Of a DNA stretch of 64,000 nucleotides, positions 35,947 through 45,424 are shown one piece after another (within the stretch, counting starts at the first letter, position 1; every line of letters starts with the position of its first letter). The stretch spans positions 11,875 through 75,874 of the IMG/VR virus record IMGVR_UViG_3300042452_000786; one strand, 5' to 3'. The translations under genes were made by a program, and so were the position numbers. The stretch comes from a virus. Below the pieces are notes generated by a model that worked only from the letters and a program-made list of their open reading frames with translations, was not told where the DNA came from and ran no database searches.

Positions 35947-37194
35947 TCAAAGTTTTTTAAAGTTTAACCAACACCAGCCACTTCCGCCACCCTCAACAAA
36001 AAACCTGGGGTCAGTGTTCTTGAAACTGTAACGAACATTTTTTCCAGCTTCTGCGCCGGTCTTTGCCCAGCCTCCGTTAACGAGATCAAGCTCTCCATAC
36101 GGGTCCTGTACCAGCCAGTATCCATCCCCATATCCAGAAATAACCACGAAGTGACCACTACCAGAAGGATCAGATACAGCTCCATGATGAAGAATACCGG
36201 CAACAACAGGTTTGCCTTTGTCGATCTGATCTTTGACATCTTGCTCATCTGCTGTCTGCGTGAATTTAGCATCAACGTTTAATTCTTTCAAGGCACAGAT
36301 ATGTGGGTAACGCGCTGGACTATCACCGTACTTATTGACAATCTTTAAGTAATCTATATCGTCATTAATACCAGGCACGTCTAAGTACTTTAAGCACATA
36401 GCAATGCTGCTGGATTGGCATTGGCGCCAGCCTTGAGGACCGTTATCAACTTGATAAAAGTAAGGGAAGTTGCGCAGGTAACGAAGATCACCTGTAGTCG
36501 CATACGGCTTGACTTCTGTTGTTGTTACAAGTCCCTCCCAATGTTCATCAAACACCCACCACTTACCGAGGCCAAAGCCTAATTCAAGAAGCGTGTGTTT
36601 ATCTTTTTTATCAAGAACCTTACAGTTTCGAATTGTACGTTTTGCAACAACTGAAGACTTTTCATCATTGCTTAATTCCGATGAAGGAATAGGACGTTTT
36701 TTGAACCAGGTTTTTGTGTTGCTGGTAATCTCAACTGTTCCTGTTTTTAACTCGGGAGCAGCAGAACAAAAAACTTCAACTTCTTGAGTTCGTCTACGAC
36801 TCAAACCTTCTAAAATTTTTCCATCTCCTTTGTTCCAGCGGGGCAGCTCTTCTTTGGCTACTGTGTTTGGGTCTTCTCCAGCATTTAGGCGCTTAAGTAG
36901 AGTGGATTGACCAAGGGCACCGGCCCCGACGTTAAAACAAAAAGAAACAAGAGCATCAAACTGATGCTGATTAATCGGCACCTTAACAAGGTTCTCTACT
37001 GCTTTTTCTGTGCTGGCAAGATCAGCCTTCAATAAAATTTCTGCATGCGCCGACGTAATCTGCGTATTTGGTTTAACGTCTGGACCTGTGTGACCGTAAC
37101 CTACAGTCCAAATCCCTACGGCATCTTTATAGGAGACGCAACGTAAACCTTCAAAAGCTTTAATTAGTTCGATTCCAGCTTTAGATGTTTTCAT
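35947..37194 (-). CDS. endolysin: GH24 lysozyme plus C39-like peptidase domain
   Basis: IKAFEG....Y.D.VG.WTVGYGHT (E-D-T intact), GL.RRR..E; C-terminal QC.SSS.AM, GH.VV..G, V.DP.G. Confidence 0.9.
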   Translation of the reverse strand: MKTSKAGIELIKAFEGLRCVSYKDAVGIWTVGYGHTGPDVKPNTQITSAHAEILLKADLASTEKAVENLVKVPINQHQFDALVSFCFNVGAGALGQSTLLKRLNAGEDPNTVAKEELPRWNKGDGKILEGLSRRRTQEVEVFCSAAPELKTGTVEITSNTKTWFKKRPIPSSELSNDEKSSVVAKRTIRNCKVLDKKDKHTLLELGFGLGKWWVFDEHWEGLVTTTEVKPYATTGDLRYLRNFPYFYQVDNGPQGWRQCQSSSIAMCLKYLDVPGINDDIDYLKIVNKYGDSPARYPHICALKELNVDAKFTQTADEQDVKDQIDKGKPVVAGILHHGAVSDPSGSGHFVVISGYGDGYWLVQDPYGELDLVNGGWAKTGAEAGKNVRYSFKNTDPRFFVEGGGSGWCWLNFKKL

Positions 37195-37228
37195 TAACGC
37201 AGTCAACTCAACTTACATCTTAATTGAT

Positions 37229-39694
37229 TCAAGCCGTCTCCAGTGCGGTAACTTTGTTTTCTAAAGTTTCAATGCGATCCACTGCTTCTTGAAGTGCTTT
37301 AATGGCCATCCAATACATTTGTTGTTCTTTAACGCCGAGTTGATCAGGTTGGCTTTGTGTTGCTTTTTGGAATACTGTAATAACTTCCGGAGAAATTTCA
37401 GCAACCTGCTGAGCAATAACACCAAAATTTAAATCACTTTCATTTGACTGATCTTTGTACTGATAGCTGACAATTTCCCACTGCTTTAAATGCTCCCACG
37501 TACTGTTTGCAGGTAAAATATTTTTTTTAAGATTGATGTCAGAAAGATTGACGTTATTTGCTTGAAAATTTGCAATGCCGCCGTTAGATCGAATTGCAGC
37601 TCTTGTTGCTGCGTTATCTGTGCATAACAGAAAATCATTAACATTTCCGTTTGGAGCAGCGTTGTCATAAGCAATTAACAACCCATTACAATTTGACGCA
37701 GTACTGTCTACATTGCGAAAGGCGCATCGATGGGAACCTTGCCAACAAAACTCGTGCGTTCCAATTGGAGCTACGCTTGTACCAAGTGCTAATGTCCCAA
37801 TGCCAGTCAATCGCATGCGTTCAACACTTGTAGTTCCAAAAACAAGTGGTGTTGCACCGTTTGTAAGAATTAAACCAGTGCTTGTATTCTGGAACGTTAA
37901 AACTCCAAGGTTTGCGTTTGCTTGTCCACCAGTTGTGCCAGTTGCAGTTGATCCATACTGTGAGATCGCAGTGCCAATAAATGTAGATCCTGATGTGTAA
38001 TTTTGTACCTGGGCTTCAATGCGTGCTTCACCACCATTAGTCGCATTACGGCAAACAATACGATTACCGTCACCAATAACTTCAAATTTGTTTTCAGGAC
38101 TACTCGTCCCAATTCCCACGCGGCCGGAGCTGTCGATGCGGAGGCGTTCCGTAGGACTAGCAGCGCCGTCGGCCGTAGTGGAGAACACTAGGCGGCCCGG
38201 CATGTCATTACTGCCAGGCGTTGCATCTACCCCCGCTACAATACTGGCTCCTGGAGTATCAAGGTCGGTGCCATCTGCACCGCAGAAGTAAATTTCTCCT
38301 AGTGTATCGCCGTTTTGAACAATAGTACTAGAGCCGTTAACACTACCACGGGATTTGCCCAGCATGAGCAAAGGGCCGGCTGTGCTCGCATTGTTGAGAA
38401 TTATGTTTACACCTGATGATGCGTAACCTGTGCCTTCTGTTTGAAGAACCCCTGTTTGGCCATAAAGACTACGTGCCGTACTCGATCCCACCAGCAGCTT
38501 GCCGGAGCTGTCGATGCGGAGACGCTCAGCATTCACTGTCCAGAGTGTTAATGCATTACTTTGATAACCTATGTATCCATTTGGGTCGACACTGTTAACA
38601 AAACGTAGATATAAATCCGCGTTAGACGTTTGAAATGTTGCGGGCGTAATTGCGCTACCAGAAACGTGCAAAGATGTGCTAGGACTACTAGTCCCAATCC
38701 CCACGCGGCCGGTGCTGTCGATGCGCATGGCCTCGAGCATCGTGCCGCCTGCATTATTAACTGAAAATTGCAAATAACCAGCATAGTTGGCTGATGTGGC
38801 ATTTACTTTGCGGCCTGCTATTTGTCCAAAAGCGCTTGAGCCACCTCCGGTCTGGCTGACCCCACCTAGGCTGATTGCACCACCAGTGTCGGCAGCGAGT
38901 GCGCTGGATGTCCAAACACGGAGGGCATTAGATCCGCCGCCGTTGTCGTTGATGGGGCTGGTAGCAAATCTGAGATCGAGCAGGCTTCCTGGGCTGCTTG
39001 TTCCGATGCCTACGTTGCCGGAACTGTCGATGCGGAGACGTTCGGTTGTACCGTCTGCAGTTCTAAACCGATGCTGGTTACTGTCAAAAACAGCTAAATT
39101 GGCAAGCGTTGGGTGCGAACCACCGTACAATTCAATGTTTGCGCCGTTTCCTGCGCCACCGAATATGGTTAAGTTTCCTGTACTGTTAGAACAATCAATA
39201 ATTCGACTACCACGTATATTTACTCCAGCAACATCAACAGTTAGTGATGATGTGTCAAATGTGACTGTTTTTGTTCCATTAGAAGTAAAACCAGCAGACC
39301 CTGAAGAAAGACGGTAAAAACCTGTATCCGTATCTTGATCAAATGTAATAGAGGGAACAGTTGCAGTGCCGTCAGGGAAATTTGCTCCAACGTTGATGTA
39401 ATCTGCTCCCGCTAAAATAATGCCGAAAAACGTGGCTCCTCCAGCTGGAGCATTTTTAAATACAATGTCTGTTCCTACAAGCCTAAAACCTTCTGTTGCG
39501 GTGTCGTCGGGACGCAAAACAACGCCGTTAACAGAAATCAAGCATTGTTGTGGGTTAATAGGAAACGGTACTGGAGAAGCTCCGCCGACCCTAAGTGGAA
39601 ATGTTGTTGTGACTCCGTTAAAAGAAGCCCGAATATCATCAATGTTTAAGTAGCTGCTATAGGCTGCTTGAAGATTGTTACCAAGATAGGCCAC
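37229..39694 (-). CDS. tail fibre with C-terminal S74-type intramolecular chaperone
   Basis: Repeated ERLRIDSSG.VGIGTSSP; SD..LK.NI, G.IAQ.V, IKALQE. Confidence 0.85.
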   Translation of the reverse strand: MAYLGNNLQAAYSSYLNIDDIRASFNGVTTTFPLRVGGASPVPFPINPQQCLISVNGVVLRPDDTATEGFRLVGTDIVFKNAPAGGATFFGIILAGADYINVGANFPDGTATVPSITFDQDTDTGFYRLSSGSAGFTSNGTKTVTFDTSSLTVDVAGVNIRGSRIIDCSNSTGNLTIFGGAGNGANIELYGGSHPTLANLAVFDSNQHRFRTADGTTERLRIDSSGNVGIGTSSPGSLLDLRFATSPINDNGGGSNALRVWTSSALAADTGGAISLGGVSQTGGGSSAFGQIAGRKVNATSANYAGYLQFSVNNAGGTMLEAMRIDSTGRVGIGTSSPSTSLHVSGSAITPATFQTSNADLYLRFVNSVDPNGYIGYQSNALTLWTVNAERLRIDSSGKLLVGSSTARSLYGQTGVLQTEGTGYASSGVNIILNNASTAGPLLMLGKSRGSVNGSSTIVQNGDTLGEIYFCGADGTDLDTPGASIVAGVDATPGSNDMPGRLVFSTTADGAASPTERLRIDSSGRVGIGTSSPENKFEVIGDGNRIVCRNATNGGEARIEAQVQNYTSGSTFIGTAISQYGSTATGTTGGQANANLGVLTFQNTSTGLILTNGATPLVFGTTSVERMRLTGIGTLALGTSVAPIGTHEFCWQGSHRCAFRNVDSTASNCNGLLIAYDNAAPNGNVNDFLLCTDNAATRAAIRSNGGIANFQANNVNLSDINLKKNILPANSTWEHLKQWEIVSYQYKDQSNESDLNFGVIAQQVAEISPEVITVFQKATQSQPDQLGVKEQQMYWMAIKALQEAVDRIETLENKVTALETA

Positions 39695-39750
39695 GTTTTT
39701 GAGTCACACTTATTGTTCTATTGTATTTGTGGTTGACGCAGGTCGCCGTG

Positions 39751-40095
39751 TTATGGCGTTTGCTCTAGATAGCTTACAGAAATATCCAGGGCACTTGAAG
39801 TATCCGCACGTGCTCGCAGGATGTCATTTGAACTCAAGATAATTTTGTTACCGTTGATTAATTCAAGGGTAGAGCCGCCAGGAATAGGTGCGTTACGGAT
39901 TAAGTAAACGTCGTCTCCGGTGCTTGTTACTAGATAAACATCTGCACTAGCACTTGATCCAACCTTATTGGAAATAAGAACGCTAAGAACTATAGACGTT
40001 GCTGTGGAGCCAATTGACAAAACGTTTGTTGTTGAGTTGCTTACCGCATCAGTAACCAAACTGGATTTGGTAGCCATTTTAAAAATATTGGCCAT
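39751..40095 (-). CDS. small fibre-associated structural protein
   Basis: MAN.FK, IP.GS.LE...G.K..L...D.L. Confidence 0.65.
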   Translation of the reverse strand: MANIFKMATKSSLVTDAVSNSTTNVLSIGSTATSIVLSVLISNKVGSSASADVYLVTSTGDDVYLIRNAPIPGGSTLELINGNKIILSSNDILRARADTSSALDISVSYLEQTP

Positions 40096-40096
40096 A

Positions 40097-40501
40097 TTAG
40101 CTCAGAGCAACTATAAGCGCAAGGTTATCGGAAGAACTAAATCCTCCGGTTACAGAAAGATTTCCTGCGATAGATACATTACCTGGGATAGTAATTGCAC
40201 CAGCCGCATCTGCTGTAAGTCTAGCAACTCCCCCAGTTACAATTGCAAATTGATCCGTGCCGGGGGAAATAAAACCTGTGTTCGGATCTCCAAAGAACTT
40301 TAACGCACAATTGCTTAAAGATCCTGGAAACAATGCAGAGTTGTTTCCATTTTCAAGCATAAGCGGATATCCGCCAGCTTGTGTACCGTCGTGAACAACG
40401 CAAACATGTTTTGTTGTATCGACAGTAACTTCACCGACAACACCAGTAAAATTGCTGGTTTCAGCTGTAGTGCCGCGTCGAAACTGTACTTGTGTTGCCA
40501 T
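40097..40501 (-). CDS. Mtd/hyaluronidase-N-terminal-like fibre attachment protein
   Basis: QVQFRRGTT.E...FTG..GE.TVDT.K...VVHDG...GG.PL. Confidence 0.75.
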   Translation of the reverse strand: MATQVQFRRGTTAETSNFTGVVGEVTVDTTKHVCVVHDGTQAGGYPLMLENGNNSALFPGSLSNCALKFFGDPNTGFISPGTDQFAIVTGGVARLTADAAGAITIPGNVSIAGNLSVTGGFSSSDNLALIVALS

Positions 40502-40601
40502 TTTAGAACTTTAAACCGGGCGCACCGGTAGCCGCAAACTACTTCTGAAATTCATTATAGGTTGTTAAACACTTTAGAATAGGAGAAAAAGCAAGCTTCG
40601 C

Positions 40602-40853
40602 GTGGCACCTGACACAATTATTGCAATCTTATCTGGTATCGCAGGTGCGGTCACTGGTTTTTCTAAGGCGTTGTCAAATTTTAATCAAAAAATCAATTCA
40701 AGGTTTGAGTCAATTGAGAAAGATTTGGACAGGCTTGAAGAGCGTGTTCTTCACGATTACGTTTTAAAAGAAGACTTTCTACGCGAAATTGAAGCCGTCC
40801 ATAACAAGCTTGACAGAATTTTAGACTATCTCCTCAGTTTAAATAAAAACTGA
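40602..40853 (+). CDS. single-TM plus coiled-coil protein (holin/hemolysin-like candidate)
   Basis: N-terminal hydrophobic helix, YV.KEDF, KLDRI; lone + strand gene with its own TAGAAT. Confidence 0.5.
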   Translation: MAPDTIIAILSGIAGAVTGFSKALSNFNQKINSRFESIEKDLDRLEERVLHDYVLKEDFLREIEAVHNKLDRILDYLLSLNKN

Positions 40854-41279
40854 CTACACAGCCAACCAAGAAACTGTTGTGGAATTGTACATGAATAAAC
40901 CAGGAACTAAATTGTCGTAGTGTAGCTGACCATCAATAGGATTTGCAGGCTTGCCATTACCCCTGGAAGCAACAGCTTTTGGAGTTTGCCAGCTAGTCCC
41001 ATCAAATAATTTATGGATGTAAGTACTAGATGTGTCTAACCAAGATTCACCTTTTGAAAATGAAACAAATCCTGCCGCTGGCGTATTGGGTGCAGTTGCA
41101 CCAATGTAAGTAGGGCCAACTTTAATGAGCCCTGTTGAAGGCGAAGAAGTACTATCAGCGAAGAACAAACCTGGATCGCCAGAGTTGTAATTAATTGCAA
41201 CTTCACCAGTACCTAATCTGATTGGGTAAGGGCGATCATAAAGAACATTAGAACGACGACCGAGAACTTGAATAGCCAT
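40854..41279 (-). CDS. fibre attachment protein
   Basis: RRS....RP....L..GE.AINY...PGLFF.D....L.KVGP, GE.WLD. Confidence 0.65.
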   Translation of the reverse strand: MAIQVLGRRSNVLYDRPYPIRLGTGEVAINYNSGDPGLFFADSTSSPSTGLIKVGPTYIGATAPNTPAAGFVSFSKGESWLDTSSTYIHKLFDGTSWQTPKAVASRGNGKPANPIDGQLHYDNLVPGLFMYNSTTVSWLAV

Positions 41280-41281
41280 AA

Positions 41282-43582
41282 TCAAACGTTAATGTACAAT
41301 CCGGCATCAACCACTGCATCCTGATCGGTCAGCGGTGAGTAGGTGCTACAGTCAATTGTACTTGTAGAAGAAGCAGGGTCAACAGGATCCCCGTTTAAGT
41401 AAGAACCACTATCAACAAGACCTGACTCAAAATTTTGATTGTAGTTGATTAAAGGTTGATTAAGCGTTCCAAATTTAATATCGTTTATAAGGGTAGGATC
41501 TACATTTAAAAGCTTGCTAAGCATTGAAATCATACGGTTTGTTGTATTTAAAGGTTTACCACTGCGGTCTAATTGATTAGTGTAATCTTTTCGAATGTTG
41601 TCAGTTACCAACATAGTCAAAAGCTGCGGATCGTAATTTGCAACTTGTTGTGGTTGATTGTAATCACCAATAATAGGTTTGTTTCCGGACCACGGCATTC
41701 CTTTTTGTACAAGCATTAATCTTTCTGCTGCTTGTTTTAACTTCTCATTCTCTTTATCAAAGTTACGATAAAAAGTATCTAGATCGTCGCCAATAGGTTT
41801 ATCACTTGGCTCAAGCAACCAGTTTGAAACATATTCATGTTCTCTTAAATTATTGACAGTGCAATAACCGCTAGTTGCATTGGAAAATGGGTAAACAATT
41901 ACAAAACTGTCTTTGTTTAGAACACTTGTAATTGTGTACTCGCCTGATATAGCAGAGCCGCTTGTAAAATCAAGTTGAATTTTAGTGTTTGCTTCTAAGC
42001 CGTGATCTGATGCATAAACTGTAACGTTTGGACCGGTCTGAATATAACGTGCAGTTAAATCAATCTCCTGGTTTCCTTCATTGTGTTGAAGAGAAAACAT
42101 TGCTGCATAAATGTGTTTGCACCAGCGCAACTGATAGTACATCAAGTTAGGATACGAGGTGCCTGCTTTATCTTTGTAATTTGGAAGTTGATAAAAATTG
42201 TTAATTGAAATATAACCTAAATCAGAAAAACTACCTGGAATGTCTCGGGTATCGGTGATTGTGCCGTCTTTATTTTGGGTTTGACCTGGTTTTGTAGACG
42301 TAATTGCAGTTACAGGAAATTTTCTAGCCTGTACTTCTTTGTACAAGTTATAACCAGAGCGACGAATGTAGTCTTGACAGCCGCACTGCCAACGTAATTC
42401 AGTTGTTAAAAACCTACCAACAGCAAAACCTCTGTGGGCTGGGACAATTGTTTCTGTAATACCGTTTGCAGTTCTTGCTCCATAGCTGTCGTCTCTTTGG
42501 AAAATAATTTCACTTGTTGTTACATCTACACCTGTAACGGTATATCCTACATAGTCATCGTACCTGTAACCGGGGATTAATCTGTTTAACGTCAAGTTAC
42601 CAGAAGTACTGCCGCTATCAATTGTTGAAAAAGTAAGTTGAGTTGGCGTTATTACTGTAATCTCATATTGCCCAGAAGAAACAACTCCTCCAGTAATAGA
42701 AACAAAAACTTTATTTCCAGTTGACAACCCGTGCTGTGAAGAACAATTTACAGTAACAATTGAACCGGTTCTGGAGTAAGTTGAAATTACTCCTGGATCA
42801 CGTTCTACAATTCGATCGGCAAGCCGTTCTCCTGCAAAAAGAAGGGCTGGCGTAGGCAAAAAACGAAGTTGTACTCTAGTTGAAACCCAACGAGTATCGT
42901 TAAATGTTGTTGAAAGGTAGTATTTTACAGTTCCACTTGTTGTTAGTGGAGAAGCCGAAGTCACCGTAAAAGTGTTTTGCGTTTTACTTACAACAGGAAG
43001 TGTTACGTCTAATGCGCCACCAGATTGAAAATCAAGATAAACGTTTTCACCAACCAAAAACCCATGGTCACTTTTGGTTACTGTTATGGAAGTACCTACT
43101 TGAGCGTAGCTTGCGTTTATAACTTCTCCGAGATAACGAACAGCAAGAATAGGTAAACCAAATTTGTAAAAACTAAATGAGTTGGTATCTCGCATACCAA
43201 CAAACTGCCCGCCTGTTTCTTGATTTATTGACGGAAAAGTAAATACACGCGCAGGGATAAATTCTCCAGGGTACTGTTGATATGCACAGTACACTCTGTA
43301 ATCTCCTCTGGATTTTCGTTCTGATGCAGAAGAACCTAAAACACTTTGGGTTATTGCGTATAACTCGTAACCGCGTCTCCATCTGGCCCAAAGAGAATCT
43401 TGATCGTAGTACTTAATTCGACTACGAACTTCATCTTTATCCGGCGTAAACTTAAACGGGTTTGCATCTAATGAATATGCAGGTGATTTCCGAAACTGTT
43501 TTGGATCTTCAAAACCACCAAAAGACTTTCCGTTGAAATTTAATTTAGCTGGATTTTTGAATCCGCTAGAATTAAAGGGCAT
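41282..43582 (-). CDS. large protein with beta repeats and a SWIM-like zinc finger
   Basis: Three HG...G..V...(F/I)..G repeats; CGCQDY...WCKH. Confidence 0.6.
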   Translation of the reverse strand: MPFNSSGFKNPAKLNFNGKSFGGFEDPKQFRKSPAYSLDANPFKFTPDKDEVRSRIKYYDQDSLWARWRRGYELYAITQSVLGSSASERKSRGDYRVYCAYQQYPGEFIPARVFTFPSINQETGGQFVGMRDTNSFSFYKFGLPILAVRYLGEVINASYAQVGTSITVTKSDHGFLVGENVYLDFQSGGALDVTLPVVSKTQNTFTVTSASPLTTSGTVKYYLSTTFNDTRWVSTRVQLRFLPTPALLFAGERLADRIVERDPGVISTYSRTGSIVTVNCSSQHGLSTGNKVFVSITGGVVSSGQYEITVITPTQLTFSTIDSGSTSGNLTLNRLIPGYRYDDYVGYTVTGVDVTTSEIIFQRDDSYGARTANGITETIVPAHRGFAVGRFLTTELRWQCGCQDYIRRSGYNLYKEVQARKFPVTAITSTKPGQTQNKDGTITDTRDIPGSFSDLGYISINNFYQLPNYKDKAGTSYPNLMYYQLRWCKHIYAAMFSLQHNEGNQEIDLTARYIQTGPNVTVYASDHGLEANTKIQLDFTSGSAISGEYTITSVLNKDSFVIVYPFSNATSGYCTVNNLREHEYVSNWLLEPSDKPIGDDLDTFYRNFDKENEKLKQAAERLMLVQKGMPWSGNKPIIGDYNQPQQVANYDPQLLTMLVTDNIRKDYTNQLDRSGKPLNTTNRMISMLSKLLNVDPTLINDIKFGTLNQPLINYNQNFESGLVDSGSYLNGDPVDPASSTSTIDCSTYSPLTDQDAVVDAGLYINV

Positions 43583-43591
43583 TGTCTTGCA

Positions 43592-44383
43592 TCAATAGTA
43601 TCCGCCTTGGACACCTACATAGAAACCATTAGTTAGCGCAGTGGGACCGCTTACTGCTGCATAAAGAGCTTGTCCACGTTGCAACATTAAACCACGAATT
43701 TTAGGCGATGTCAGGCTGTTTGTACTTGTAAAGTTTGCGCCAGCCTGAGGAACTGGGTGGTTAATGAGAGGAAGAACGTTATTAGAGCTGAGGCTAAAAA
43801 ACTGGTTATCGTAAGTTGCGGGGATGCTAGCAACAAATAAAGGAAAGAACTGGTTTGTATTTGTAAGAGTTGCTGCGTTAACAAGATAGAAACAAAAGTC
43901 AAGTGGCAGGTAAGCATTGACATTACCGGTAATTGGTCCTGAGACAGAGGCCGCTGTTGTGCCGGTAAAGGTTGTTAGAGTTACGGAAGTAACTGTAATA
44001 ATTTCATCTGCTGGTAAGCTGCCAGAGCTGTAGCTGGTGTAATCCAGAACAACTTTTTGTCCAATCTGCGCGTTGTGACCAGCTGCAATTGTTACGGTAA
44101 CTGTTGTTCCATTTGCAGAGTAAGTTCCCGTTGTTGGGGACTGCGCGTCAATAGCTGTGTTATTTCGTTTTGCGTATTGAAACCAAATTTCGTCAATGTA
44201 TGCGCCACTGACAGATGTATCAGTTAGAGAGGAATCAACATCAAAAATTTTTGTAGCGTTGCCAACAGATGTCGGCACCAGTGTGGTAGAAAATGTTTGG
44301 CCCGAAGCAACAGTGACAAGAGTGCTTGTAGTTGCTGGACGATCAACCAGCATTGGTTGTTTATTTGAACTAGAAGACGACAC
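43592..44383 (-). CDS. putative tail/structural protein
   Basis: NKQPM.VDRP N-terminus, one beta repeat, ends QGGYY. Confidence 0.55.
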   Translation of the reverse strand: MSSSSSNKQPMLVDRPATTSTLVTVASGQTFSTTLVPTSVGNATKIFDVDSSLTDTSVSGAYIDEIWFQYAKRNNTAIDAQSPTTGTYSANGTTVTVTIAAGHNAQIGQKVVLDYTSYSSGSLPADEIITVTSVTLTTFTGTTAASVSGPITGNVNAYLPLDFCFYLVNAATLTNTNQFFPLFVASIPATYDNQFFSLSSNNVLPLINHPVPQAGANFTSTNSLTSPKIRGLMLQRGQALYAAVSGPTALTNGFYVGVQGGYY

Positions 44384-44437
44384 TGCGTTTTACGTTTCTG
44401 ATTTTTAGATTCTAGTCTAGGTCAACAGTTATGGCAT

Positions 44438-44752
44438 TCAGTAGAGAAAGGGAACCCTGATTTCTGCTCTTCCTACATCAGGCAACGGCTCTGTGGATGG
44501 CGTACCAGTTGAGTTTATGAACGCTTGAAGGGCTTCTCCTGCCATACGCGCTTTACGAGGAGCGCCGGTCATTCCAGGCCCTGTACTGGTTGCAGATGGA
44601 CGTTCGTAGGGAGGAGCGTTGCGGTTCAGTCCCAGGGTGTAGCCAAGTTTAAAGTCGCCTGGCCTTGCCACGGGAGGCTCATTTTTCCTACCCCAATCGT
44701 CTGGATGCTCCGTAGGCTGCACAAAACGATTAAAGCTGCTAAGACGTCGCAT
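44438..44752 (-). CDS. hypothetical protein
   Basis: 104-aa ORF abutting the upstream stop. Confidence 0.5.
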   Translation of the reverse strand: MRRLSSFNRFVQPTEHPDDWGRKNEPPVARPGDFKLGYTLGLNRNAPPYERPSATSTGPGMTGAPRKARMAGEALQAFINSTGTPSTEPLPDVGRAEIRVPFLY

Positions 44753-45424
44753 CTATCCCAACCCAAATGAGGAATACACGTTGGAAGGAGCAGCAGCTGA
44801 TGTCAGCATTTTATAGATGGAGTTAGCTGAAAGAGGCGACTCTTTTTGTTGCTGAAGGTTTTCTTCAATAAAAGAAGTAAGGTAGTCTTTAGAAGATTTT
44901 TGTTTTTTTGGTTGAACGTAGAAGTTGTATGTAACGTTTGTACCAAAAGCGTCAGTTAATTGAGTTTGAGGTTGCGGTTGAACAGTTGTTTGCTGTGTGG
45001 GTTGAAGCTGAGTTTCTTTTCCTCCTTTGGTGTGAAGAAGACGAACTTCGTATCCTTCTGGGGTTGTAATGCTTCCGTACCCTTTGCCAGGTTTAAAAGT
45101 TCCTGGGCCCTCCCAGAACAGCTGCTCTCCTCCTGCAATACCGTAATCAATGCCCTTGTGGTCTGTTGATGCACCAGCCGTAGGAGCGACCCTAGGGCCG
45201 TAACCAGAAGTAATTGCAAATCCCGGAGACCACTTGTCTCCTTGTTGCCGATAGAGCGGTGTACGAGCAGATCCAATTTTTAAACGTTGTAAACCTGAGC
45301 GCCAAGTAGATGGATCAATATACTGACCGTCTTTAAGAACACGAACATCGAGATGTGGGCCAGTAGAAGGGAGAACGTCTTCTCCGCTTTTTGCTACATA
45401 TCCGACGTGCATGCTGTTGGTCAT
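44753..45424 (-). CDS. M23-family peptidase, circularly permuted
   Basis: STGPHLD.RV..DG..IDP precedes ITSGYG.R.AP..GAST.HKGIDY. Confidence 0.75.
   Translation of the reverse strand: MTNSMHVGYVAKSGEDVLPSTGPHLDVRVLKDGQYIDPSTWRSGLQRLKIGSARTPLYRQQGDKWSPGFAITSGYGPRVAPTAGASTDHKGIDYGIAGGEQLFWEGPGTFKPGKGYGSITTPEGYEVRLLHTKGGKETQLQPTQQTTVQPQPQTQLTDAFGTNVTYNFYVQPKKQKSSKDYLTSFIEENLQQQKESPLSANSIYKMLTSAAAPSNVYSSFGLG

Noticed and set aside
26005-39694. Diversity-generating retroelement acting on fibres
   Set aside because: No reverse transcriptase and no adenine-specific template/variable repeat pair was seen in the window.
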